A stretch of DNA of 57,164 nucleotides, the filler included, from Sphacelaria rigidula (lineage: Eukaryota): assembly GCA_964200075.2 (NCBI GenBank). It is 5 parts of 5 records of this genome, joined end to end, with 100 filler letters (N's around TTAATTAATTAA, not from the genome) between each part and the next. Parts side by side here need not be neighbours in the genome. Positions count along the whole stretch, not along the records: positions 11,456 to 22,809 come from CAXNAA020005031.1; positions 22,910 to 34,262 come from CAXNAA020005032.1; 3 more parts are not named here. One strand, 5' to 3'. The first letter of the stretch is position 1; the number at the start of each line of letters is the position of its first letter. The notes below the pieces were generated by a model, which was given only the letters and a program-made list of their open reading frames with translations, did not search any database and was not told the DNA's origin. Shown in pieces: positions 12,751-24,797 of the stretch. The translations under genes and the position numbers were made by a program.

Positions 12751-13440
12751 CAATTTTGTTTCACTGAAAAATACAACATACGAGTCGAACATGGGTTCAT
12801 GGCAAAAAAATCGGGCAGCGTGCCTGAGCATGCCGTGAACGACACTTTCAGTGGCGGGTTGCTCGAAACAATATGTTGGAAAATAACGATTACACATTTA
12901 CTACAAGCAAATATGGATTTATCTCGAAAAAATTCGAATCGTTTACCATCAATCATGTCGCGTATCATTGTCCGAGAAGGGTATATCTCGGGAAAGTGCA
13001 CGATTCATCCTTCGACGACGTTTTTGGCCCCAGAAAAGAGGGCTCGACAGATCTGTTCTCCACGGAATGATACGGTGCGCTACCGTATTAAAACGGGAAT
13101 GCGGCACACTTTTGTTTTTCCCGGTGCACACAGTTCGATCTTCAAGTGGAAATAGGGGTTTTCCGGCAAAATCATAGCCACCGCCCCAAGTGCCAAATGC
13201 GCAGAAAACGTACCAAACAAGGGACATGACATTTTTTTCAACTGTGACGCCGTCTCTTCTCAAATTGTTTCGGTGTCGAAAATTTTCGACGGAATCGAAC
13301 TTCCTCGTGTATCTGATACGTCCACGTCATCTATCATCTCGGATGAAACGATGGAAGCCGTGGACTCATCAGGTGCGAGCGACTTCGACTCCACCGACTG
13401 TTGTTTTCACCCCCAGAAAGTTGTCAAGACACAGCCTAAA

Positions 13441-13867
13441 GACCCACTTTTATGGCAACGAATCTCGATTTGTACAAATAGGAGGATTTCAGCCCGCCTA
13501 CAGGCGATTTTCTCCCGTGGATTGATTTTTCGGACCCCCCTCCGTTGGGCAATGTTTTTCGGCCAGCTGTGAGCAATCCAGATCAATTCTCCGATTCTTC
13601 GCATGTTGACTTTCGATACTTCACCGTTCTGCTGAAATTGGGACACTCCCGCATCTCCCCCGCATCTCGATTTGGGCAGAAATGTGACATACCAAAAGTC
13701 AACGTCCATAGAATCGGAGAAGTGATCTGGTTTGCTCACAGCTAGCCGAAAAACAGTGTCCAACGGACTGGGGTCCGAAAAATCAATCCACGGAAGAAAA
13801 TTGCCTGTAGATGGGCCGAAATCCTCATATTTGTACAAATCGAGATTTGTTGTCATGAAAGTGGGTC
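13441..13867. mobile_element. foldback MITE family B
   Basis: GACCCACTTT...AAAGTGGGTC termini, almost entirely palindromic, TAA-like flanks; further copies at ~13995-14445 and ~46130-46512. Confidence 0.85.
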
Positions 13868-13994
13868 TAACCCTAAAAAATGCTCTTGATAGTCTGACTG
13901 AAGATATTACTGCGGCCACCAGCAATTGAGAAGGCTGGAATTGTGTCAATGAGCGCTGTAGCTACCCAGTCGTTTGTGACAGGTCAGAGAATCT

Positions 13995-14445
13995 TTCATG
14001 GTAACCAATTCATATTTGTACAAGTATGAGGATTTCAGCCCGTCTACGGGCGATCTTCTCCAGTGGATTGATTTTTCGGACCCCAGTCCGTTGGGCAATG
14101 CTTTCCGGTCAGCTATGACAAAACCCGATTAATTCTCCGATTCTCCGGACGTTCACTTTCGGTTCATCACATTTCTGCCAAATCGGGACCCTTCCGCATC
14201 TTCCCCGATTTCTTCCCGATTTGTTCTTCACTCGGAGGAGATGCGAAAGTGTCCCGACTTGAGCAGAAAAGTCGCGTATCAAAGGTCAACGTCTAGAGAA
14301 TCGGAGAGTTCATCTGCGTTTTCTCATGGCTAGCCGAAAAACATTGCCCAACGGACGAAGTCCGAAAAATCAATCAGCGGGAGAAAATCGCCGGCAGACG
14401 GACCGAAATCCTCATATTTGTACAAATCGAGATTGATTGTCATGT
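13995..14445. mobile_element. foldback MITE family B, copy 2
   Basis: Same GATTTTTCGGACCCCAGTCCGTTGGGCAATG arms as 13441-13867. Confidence 0.8.
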
Positions 14446-17003
14446 ACAATTGTCTCCACATCCGCTCAGCCCTTACGAATGAATTCCCTTCTTGTCGAGA
14501 GGGTTGAACGATCGAGAAGGACGAAAAACGCAGTTTTTTTTGGGTTGACCAAGACCAGGGATACTTCGTTCGGGCCGTTAACCGTTTGACCGTCACCATC
14601 GTCTAATATTAAATCGGAATCATTCTCACTTGATAAACGAACATTAGTCCCAGTAGATGAGAGATAACCCACTCCGCTCGGGGTCAACAGGTCGACCCCT
14701 TTACCCCGCGTACACGTCACCTGTTTATTTACTCTGGATCAATCTCACTTGAAAAATGAGGGTAGGACCGGACGACCTACCCTCGCGGTAAAAGGGTTAA
14801 CAAAGGCGGAGCAACATTAATCTTTCTCGGTGCCCCGTAGTACTGTGAAAATGATGTCGATCGGACAAGCGGACGACGCACTCACGCTCGCACTTGAGCC
14901 ATATATAATGGAAGAATATATCAATACTGTACCACGTTCATTGTGCATCCGTTTGGCTTTGGGGAACTATGCGTACAGACTGTAATGATCTTCCTTGAAG
15001 TCGAAGGTGCGTCATCGGAATAGCTTACAAACACTCATGTTGAAAATCCGAAGGAGGCACACCAGCCAAAGTCCAACCTTGTGCGAACAGGAAAAAAAAT
15101 ATCAGCCCCTCTATGTGCCCTAGATTACCCGCTGAAGCGAAAGAAGTTTACATAGTGTGAAACCCGACCATACAATACTACTATATGAGAAAATCGAATA
15201 GAGGATGATGCCCCACAAACTGCAGTAAAGCCCAACTACAGTACCCATAAACTAAGCTACGACTACTACGACGTACCACTTTCCACATAATAATGTGAAC
15301 GACTGAAAGTCGCAGATAAAAAGGCCTGGAAAAAGTACACTTTTGCCTTCACACTGTCGATAATTCGTTGAAGATGGGATGTTTGAAAATATTTAGGTGC
15401 AGCTGAATGTTGAGCAGTGTTATAACGGAGTATCTGTAGGGAGGGAGCGGGAGGATGGTGGGGGATTGATATTGATTTTTTTCAAATCTGGATCAATTTA
15501 ATACTCTCGTACTTGAACCTTACGGTGTAAGAGGAGGGTCATGGACATTTGAAAAGCACCGTTCGGGTGCGTTGCGATGCCGGAACATTTCAGACCTCCG
15601 GGTGACAGGCAAGAACAACACATCTTTATCAGTTCAGGAGGGGGCGCAATGATTTCTTGCTTGCCTAGGTCTTTCGACCATTGATCACGCATCCCTCTCG
15701 ACATGGAGCATATCAGTTTAGCAGGGGAAGAAAATCGGAAGATCGGGCTTCTGCGTAGAGGCTCTGTCGAGAACACTCTCATGAGACTTACGACATCAAC
15801 CGAGTATTGTTACGAGTAGGAGTCATAAGTGGTGGATTGCACATGATGTACATACATGCACATACACCTGCGTGGCGCCCAAGTTGACTTGCAGTTACCC
15901 TTCCAGTTTTGAAAAGCCTCTGCCACGTTGTTCAATAGACCATTTTATTTCACGAGAAAAAATATTCATCCCTCGCGCAACTTCTGGTACAGCTCAGCAA
16001 GAAGTGGATGGACGGCGACACACACAAAAAGTACACATGATTTATCAAATGAACCAAGGAGTACGAAATACGGCGACAGCAATATATACCCTCTTTATTA
16101 TGCAGTATGTGTAGCAAAAAGTCTTGAGGGCTGTTTTGGCGTGTTATCATTCGCCTGCTATGCGCGCAGCGTGCCGTAACATGAAGAAGACCACATATAT
16201 CGTGCAGCTTGCATATAAACCCGCATACACAGCAAGGACATCGCCACCGATCAATGAGGGTCATTCATTCCACCCAGCAGGTGACCATATGCGCAGCACG
16301 CCAGAAAACGCTGTACTTCTGTTGCAACAAGAGCGAGTTTCAATACCTGCATGATGTAGAGGATCCTTCATTAAGGCCCGGGTCAGGAGCAGACAGTTTA
16401 TCTCGGTGAAGAGAAATCATCACGTAATGTGCACCAGTATGTGCGAGTCAAACACCCACGCCACTGCTGTACCGCCGAAAATTGGCTCTGACGAGAAACA
16501 CAACTGTCCAATACAGTACTGTAGTCCTACAATGCTCCCCAAATGCGCGGCAACCGTTAATAAGTTTCTTGCCCCTAAGCGGTTGCGGTATCGCACAGGA
16601 CTACAGTACAGTTGTAGATCAGGTGCATCGTGCGTACATGCATGTATAACAGGCACAGCGCTCGAGACCAGAAGTAGGAAAATGGAACGATCCAAGCATG
16701 GAAGAAGGGAACGTGTTGACGGAAAACATGAACACGCAACAGTGTACACGAACACAGAACGAATGAACAGACGTGGTTTCAAAATTGTGCCTACGTGACA
16801 AGCAAATGAACAGCTTGTGATGAGTACGTTGACACCCACAAGGCCACGCTGGCGCAATCGAAGTACAAATAAATACACCGCAACACCTCAACAACACAGA
16901 ATATCCTGAACAACATCACCCGCGAGAACAATACACATGCGAACAGACGAACAAACTGTAGCCGTCACCATGCGAAACGTGAGGTAACTAATAGTAAACT
17001 GAC

Positions 17004-18752
17004 CTGCTTCTTGAGCTCCTCGACGAAAGCCTTTTTCCTGAGGCGAGTGTTTCTGGCGTGCTCTCTGTTCCGGTCACGATTCTGCTTCGCCCTTTCCTCT
17101 TTCGATAAAACCGCACGCTTCCTCTTCTTCTCAGCAGCATCCACCGCATTATTTCCAGTTCCACCCGCCCCTGGTTTGCCCCCCCGACCATGCACCAAAG
17201 CCTCTGCGCGCGCCTGCGCCTCTGCTACAACGGGATGCATGCCCATCCCGAATATCCTCCCCAACCCACGCAGCTCGGAAGCCGAGTCCGAACCGCCCCG
17301 CGCCCCCTGGGCAGCGCCGCCGAGATTTGCCATGTCCATCTCGTCCTGCTCTACCGGATACTCATGCTCCTCGTCCATATCTTCCCCGTCTGAGTCGTTC
17401 TCATCGTCGAAGCTGGGTTCTGTCTTGCAAATTGACGCAGCATGGTTGTTGTTGACGACTGCCGAACAATCGAGCTCTTGCTTGGCAGTAATGCCGCCCG
17501 TGGTCAGGTCCCCACTACCACCACCAACACTATCGCCAAAATCTTTGCCTGAGCCGTCAAAACCATCTTTGAAGCTATCCGCGCCGCCTGGACTATGAGA
17601 GCTATCTGCGTACATCCCGGCCTCGCCCAAAAAAGACTGCATGCTGCCGCCCAAGCCTGAACGGTAAGTCATGCCACCAGCCACACCGGCAACTCCAGTT
17701 CCATTGCTTCCGTTTGTGCTACCACCTCCACCCCCGCTGAGTGAGCTCGTGCTGCCCGGTGCTTGGCCAGTGGAGCCCAGCAAAGGGCCTTGCATCTGGT
17801 GTTTTATTTTTGGATACGGTCGGTGCTCAGTTTATTGGTCTAGGATATTTTTTGAAAAGCCACTCATCGTGGAATAAAAAAATGTTGAACAACAAGAAAC
17901 ACATCGGAAATATGTTGATCATGAACAAACCCCACAGTCAGTAGTAGTACTCCTACAGTACGGCAAGTAGAAGTTGTCCGAATCTCTGCAGTCAGAGGAA
18001 TGCACGTAGGGTGGAGAAGGAAAGCGCCGTACTGTGCACGATACGCCTCCCAGCATCACGAGTCGGGGTACGGTACTGGCCAACCGCGCAGCAGAAAGGA
18101 AATACCCTCGAAGCACTTTGCTAACTGTAAGAAATGATGAGAACTTCTCTCATGCAAAGTTGACCTTTTGAGAAGGCGACCCCTCACCACAGAGCAGCAA
18201 CATCAACCACATGGAAAAACACAACGTCGTTGTTGCTGAGAGGCTAGGCCTCGGAAACCACGACAGAAAGCACAAGAGAACCAGCTCACCACCGGGTGTC
18301 AATAATCTTCCCAGCAGATGCACATTGCTGGTGTAATTTCTCTGTGTGTGGTGTGTGCGTGCCTACAGGCATCGAACTCGGTGTATGACAACTGGGTTCG
18401 AACGCTACTTGCCCCAAGCGCGATCGGCATCGCCAACTTGCTCGGGTCGACATAATTACAAGCAAAAGCCACGATCACACAAAAACACATGAATTCCGAG
18501 ACGAGAAAAATGGATCGTGTCTTCCTTGGCTATATTTGCAGACAGCCGAACGCGGATCGCTCAACTACCTGACCACACCAAGCCCGCACCTCTCCCCCCA
18601 CACACCCCTTCCAACTCCAAGCGTCCATGCATGTCCAAATCAAACTAAGCATTCACCTGGCCCAGCTCTCCCCATGCCTCAAAGCCTGCCAGGAAAGCAT
18701 CATCCACACTGCTGCCAAATTCGCCTTCCCCCCCTTCGTCGGCAGGGTTCAT
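17004..18752 (-). CDS. bZIP transcription factor (stramenopile type), exons 1-2, 3' part missing
   Basis: Exon 18752-18657 (MNPADEGGEGEFGSSVDDAFLAGFEAWGELGQ|gtgaat) spliced in phase 0 to 17795-17004, which ends in the basic region KRKRAVLSKEERAKQNRDRNREHARNTRLRKKAFVEELKKQ|gtcagt. Confidence 0.85.
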
Positions 18753-21609
18753 TTTTTTAGTCACGAAATGCAAAGTGGAAACAAAACTGTCTGTGCTGCG
18801 ACCTGTTTTTGATTCCTGTCCTCCCTCCTTCCTGCAAGTTCTCCTCTGAAATGACCGAGACCAGCGTGTATGCCTTAGACCCTGCGCGATATGGACTACG
18901 GTCGTTCGTTGTCGTTGTATGTTATGACGTTTAGGGTGGGTTGTTGTCGTCCTCTGCTACACGTCACCACACGCTAGGTGGATTTGCTCACACGTCAGAT
19001 TGATGTAGCCTAAATTATGACTTTTTTTTTACACAACCCAAGTGCTGTTGCCCTAGCTTTGAGTTCAATCAAGGGATTTGTCGTGGAATGTACGCAAATG
19101 GGCCACTAACGGGCTGAAATCTGGCAATCATGGCGGCTATGTCCGTGCTTACTTGCAGAGCTAGCGTTGAAGTCGAGCGAGGCCGTATCGGCGCTCCAGT
19201 GGACATATGACTCAGAACATGTTTTTGTCTGTAGCAACGGCCACTTCAACCGATATGATCTTATTGGTTTCTTTAGTGAGGGTTTGTTTCGTTTCAACAG
19301 AAACTTCAAGCTCGAGGGTTCCGACCAATCGGATCGATCAATGCCGCCTCATTTACCTGTAGCATTTCGTATCATGCAACTGCATACATGTGGATTTGGA
19401 TTTGCGTCTACCTCTCGGAACTTATGAAGCTCGTGCACTGTCATACTACAGTATACAACTGGAAGCGCGCGTACGACCACAATTACTTCTCCTGCATTTT
19501 CGCTCATGTTGTAGAGATGTACAGATCACTCGAAGATAGAAGATACATTAACAAAAGCTGGAAAATCCGTGGAAATTTTCATTCCAGTGCCAGTCGTGCA
19601 CAGATAGTAGGAGGGGGGGAAGATGAGCTCCATGAATGGGCTAGGTGAAGACATTCGTGAAACTGAATTATGGAAATAAAACATCCAATGTGCTCTGCCT
19701 TTCTGCATAACACAAGGTGGAGCGATGAGAGGAACTCATTAGGAACGAGCGACGAAGTACTTCCAGAAACTCTTAACCAAGGCAAATGCCCCTACTATTG
19801 AACTATTCTCGTGGGGGACAAGCATATCGCTCCTTTCTTACATTCAGCAGTAGTAGTATTTGGATAGTACTGGTTGTAGTGCAGTACAGGCAATCGTAGA
19901 CATGAAAATGTACAGACAGCACAGATATAATGGAGTATTTGGCACTTCAATACACGAGACAACGGAGCGTACTATTATACTACTACTACTACTCCAACCG
20001 CAGGCCCAAGTCCACCAGCGGGGCTTCACTTTTACATCGCAGATGTCAAACAAAAACATGAATTATTTAATATTTTTATTTATATTTACTGGCAGGATCC
20101 CGTGTTTTCGAACCCGTCACAACAACAGTAGTCACAGGTACATCACGTGTGCATTTTCTGGCTAGGCAACTTCGTCACAACCATTATTAATTCTTCCTTC
20201 CTCCCCCACGTATGACACACCACCTGCGTCCTTGTTTGCTTCGCTGCACTGGATATCGGCGCCCACCCGGATAGCCTAAAACCGTGTAGGCCGTCGGATA
20301 GCTGTGTACGACAGATAGCCAAGGAGTAACTGTCTCGCTGCGTTGTTTCACGTCAACTAACACAGGCACGACTCTTGATCGTCCACATACGAGGCGGTTG
20401 TGTGGAGGCGTGGAGGCAGTTCGCCACCTGCAACGAGCAACCCAACCACTCGCAGTCAGTCGTCACGGAGCACGGGTAAGATTGATGATACGCAATATAA
20501 TTGCAGTAAAGTCTGTGCACTGCATGCTGTAGTGTGTGCAACAAAGAACAACGTAAATGCGATTGGCAGAGTGCGTCGCACAGCCCACTGTGTGTAGGCT
20601 TGTCGTAGATCGCTGAATAGCCTATAGAGTGCGGATAATTTTCAAACCGGGGACAAGTACTGCTGCACGACTGCAGCTCCCGAGAGTATTGTCATCAGCG
20701 TCGGGCTGTCGGTAAAATGCATGTGGGGAGATCGATCGACTTGATTGGTCGCATCCTTAGCAGCCCCATCTTTGTCTAGACAATCGCGTCCGTGTATATC
20801 TGCACCCCCTCGGAGCTCTGACAGAGGTTTCTATCGCCTCCGTCGCGTGAACCAACTCCAACCTCTGAACGGAAAACTATCAAGGGTCGGACAAATCAAT
20901 GATTCGTCTGGAAATTACTTGGTTTTAGTATCGATGATTTGACCCGTACGAATCAATCCCTAGGCTTTGTCTTTAGCGTTGCAACCCAGGTACACGCAGT
21001 CCAGACACGTTAAATGGGAAATGGGGGCAAAAGTTGCGTGGATACATACCCTTTGGACCAGCGGTCAACTTTTTTCTCCCTTTTGGGCAATCAGGCCGAA
21101 GAAATCGTGGATTTGGTGATTCGTAGTCGTGTTAATTCGTTCTATCCGTGGACTTTTGCCGCCCCCTGTACCCGGAGATGCCCATCACTGCGCGCAAGGC
21201 AAATCATGGTGGAGAGTGGCCACTGTAGGGGTGTGTGCTCATGGTCTTGTATGCTGTAGTCGTGACCTTGCATCCAAACAAAGCCGGGACCGAGCACGAC
21301 GGGTTTACGCGGGGTCTGGCTCGCATTCACCAAGTGCCAAGCGTCGAAATGTGTTCGGAAAGTCATGGGGGGTGAGCTTCACCCTCCCAAGTTGTTCGGC
21401 CCGAAGCGTACGAAGTATCTTGCGTGTGGATGACACCCTACCATGAGCGGCTCCATCTTCTGGCATGGCCACTTCCAGAGCAGCCACGGGTCACACTGTC
21501 TCATAGATGAGTCACCAGTTGAAACACTACGTAGGACGAACATCGCCTTCGCGTGGAGTTGCGGTTCTCACCCCGCACAGTATGATATGATGTTGCTCGA
21601 CCACCAGTC

Positions 21610-22234
21610 ATGGTGACCAAAAGAAAACGCGATCAGGAAAAGAAAACAGTAAGCTGGTTGCCTAATCGTAGGTCACGCAGTGAGTGGCGTGCTTTACGGC
21701 GTCTTTGCAAGCCGATGCCAGCCCTCACAGGGGGCCCTTGTAGGGTGTACTCATGATCATGCATGCCACGGTCATCAGACCATTGAAGGGGGGGGGGGGG
21801 AAGGGGAAGACTGTGAATCGAATTTTATTAACAATATTTTCATAAAAGGACAGCTGCGACCAATGTCCCTATTAGCCATCATCCATAGGTCGAGTTCTGA
21901 TCCCTGACAGATACCGTAGTTTTCCCTCAAAATTCGACCGAAATGTCATGTTCAACAACCCCCCCCCCCCTGGTTCCTACAGGTGTTTTTGGCCACGGCA
22001 TGTTTTTCCATCGCGCGGCTCCTACGAATTCGACTTTTGAGCCGTCCCGTCGCTTTCCACTTTCTTGCTTGTTCTTGAATATAGGTCCCTGGAAGAAGTC
22101 CGATGGCCAAGTCGGTGCGCGGGTTGGCACGACTGGACAAACTCTTGGCGAGTTTCCACAATCGCGCCATGAAGGGCAAGCGAGGTGACCTGCTCCGCAC
22201 ATATTTGGGGGGCGGTCCGGTGGCCAGGCAGGCG
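21610..22234 (+). CDS. hypothetical protein, two 5' exons
   Basis: 21610-21648 (MVTKRKRDQEKKT|gtaagc) and 22085-22234 (pyrimidine tract-ag|VPGRSPMAKSVRGLARLDKLLASFHNRAMKGKRGDLLRTYLGGGPVARQA|gtgagt), both phase 0; no recognised domain. Confidence 0.5.
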
Positions 22235-22809
22235 GTGAGTCATGAATTGTATTTCCTTCGCTGTGTCTTCTCTTGCTTATTCTTTCTGGAATAGTGGTGG
22301 TACTGCGGGAAGTACGTGGTTAGTCGTCATTTCGGATTAGTATCAGCACGAAGCGGGGCGAGACGTGCAGGTGTACAAAAGTCAGGGGGGAGCGTGTAGC
22401 TCGTTGCTGTCTCTACGCCAGGATTCAGACTTTCAGATGATATATGTGAACACATCGATGACTGAGCGCTGCGGAGTACGTGAGTGCCAACTCTTCCTCT
22501 TGCGCAGGATTGCGCTGATCGGACCCACCTGTCGCGCTTGACGACCATTCGCGTTCTCATGAGCACCAGGTCTATCATGGAAAAACACGCTATCACCATA
22601 TCATCCGACTTGTGCACGATGAGCCCCGCATATTTACCGAACACTGGATATTGCAATCCTTCGACTCCAAACAAGAAGTGGGCACGGCACAAGTGTATTG
22701 GGAAAGAAGAAGGTTTCAGATCAGTCTCTCCCGCGGCAGGGGGGGGGGCGCGTACTCATTTGTTGCTTGCCTTAGTCGTTTGACCATTGACCACGCATCC
22801 CTTTCGAGA

Positions 22810-22909
22810 NNNNNNNNNNNNNNNNNNNNNNNNNNNNNNNNNNNNNNNNNNNNTTAATTAATTAANNNNNNNNNNNNNNNNNNNNNNNNNNNNNNNNNNN
22901 NNNNNNNNN
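22810..22909. other. artificial contig linker
   Basis: N44-TTAATTAATTAA-N44. Confidence 0.98.
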
Positions 22910-23929
22910 TCACATGAAGTGTTAGCTGCATCCTTCTAAGATTGTTCGATCTGAAGCGTACTGATTATCTTGCATTTGGATGACAGCCTACAATGAGTTG
23001 CTTTATTTTCTGGTACCGCCACTTCCAGAGAGAGCAAAGGGATGATCGTACTCCGTAGTGTTTAAACGGTGAGACACCCGTGAGGCAGTGTGGGGGGCGG
23101 GGGGAGGGGGGGTTGAAATATTTGACGTGCACAGTGCCCGGGACGTGTAAGAAGCTCAGTAAGATACCGAGTACACGCGTGGAATGGTGTGCGCATGCTT
23201 TATATTTGGTAGAGCGAGTCTGTGGCTGCGGATGGTGATGGCGACGCGCTTTACGGGCTGATCCCGGCGAAAGGGACCAAAGCTTGTCTTGAAGAAAAAC
23301 TCCCTTTGAAAACCAGGACCTCAAATATTGAGGATAGAAAGCCACTTGACTGAATTTTCGAACGAAATATCCGCCTTTATCTTTACCTAGACAGAAAAAA
23401 ACAGGAAAAATACTGCAGTAAAGGCCGTCGGGTGGTCGATTCCGTCCTCAGGTAAGATTTTCAGGTTCCAACTCCCAAACCTCCGGCAAAAAATTCATTT
23501 AATGTATCGTCCCCCAAGGGCTTGAGAATTTCCATCCATTGTTGTAGGCGTTTCCCGTAATACTTCTCATGTCTTCTGTAGTTTGAACGGTCAAGAGTTT
23601 GATGTGGAGACAGGTGCCGTTATTCTCCCCCTTGGTGTCAGCAATGCGCAGATCGGATTTCAAGACAATTGAGTAAAAGTCCATTCAGTTTTTTTAGGGC
23701 TGTGAACTAGACCAATTTGTACTGGCGATTAAACTAGAACTGGAGTTTAACTGGAACTGGTGATGATGACTCCACTTTATTTGAAGTTTGCCGTCACAGG
23801 CTATGTCTATACCAATTTAGTATGGTGATTTTATAAAAAATATGCTTACATTATAACGAGCAAAATGACAGTAGAATTGGAGCCTGCACCTGACAGCAGT
23901 ACAAATACAGGCAGTACTCGTGGTACGAG

Positions 23930-24465
23930 CTGGGCCAGCCTGGAAGCGGGTTTGGAGTTTGCAGGCCCATTCGCAATTCAATACTTGGAGTTGGATCCGA
24001 AAATTTGGTATGGACAATCATTAGGGCATAGCGAAAAAATTATGCATGGACCCAAATTTATATTTTTCATGATTCAACGGCATTTTACTGGAAACTGGAA
24101 ATTGATTATGCCTATAACTCATGGCAAGAAAAAAACTCTTTGAGTCCACGTATAACTTTATTTTATTTTATGCCCTATTGATTGTCCATACCAAAGTTTA
24201 GGGTCCAGCTTTAAGTATTGAATTGCGAATGGGCCGCTTGAAAACCGGGTCGGTAAAAATCCGGAACAGCATTTTGCAGGCCACTTACCGGCCCACGTTT
24301 GGTGTTTGTGTATTGAGATTTTGTCTGGGACCTTGCTAGGGCGTAATGAATAAAAAAAGGTGGGTCCGTTTTTTTTCTTCACTGGTTTAGGGCGTTTTAG
24401 TATGGTAACGACCATTTTTTACGAGAACGCCCGAACCTCTCCCCCCTACCAAAAAAATGAAGGCT
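23930..24465. mobile_element. composite repeat with internal palindrome (23964-24235)
   Basis: Inverted arms GGCCCATTCGCAATTCAATACTT.. / ..AAGTATTGAATTGCGAATGGGCC plus a ~230-bp tail homologous to 42213-42455. Confidence 0.7.
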
Positions 24466-24797
24466 ATATATATATATATATATATTAGCATACCTTATCC
24501 CCGTGTGCTGCCAACCTTGGTTTGTTTGCATCCTCCTCTCCTCACGAAGAGTCTGCTGCTGCATATTCCAGACGAATGGTTTTCGAATCGCACACCGCTT
24601 TGAATGGGATTTGAATGTCATCTAAGACTTTCAGCTGCTCAATGTGAGGGGTCACATTTTCTACAATTTAAAACATTTTCGAAGGAAAAACAAGCCGAAC
24701 AACGCATTTTTTTTCGCCTCCGGCGGCGCTCCGACGGGGCCCCCTCACCAGCCCGGGGGTGGCCATTTGCGGCTCGCGCCGTCGCCGCTCGCCACCG

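Noticed and set aside
19159-19274. Possible WD40-like exon (VSALQWTYDSEHVFVCS)
   Set aside because: Isolated, with no compatible neighbouring exons found; similarity too short
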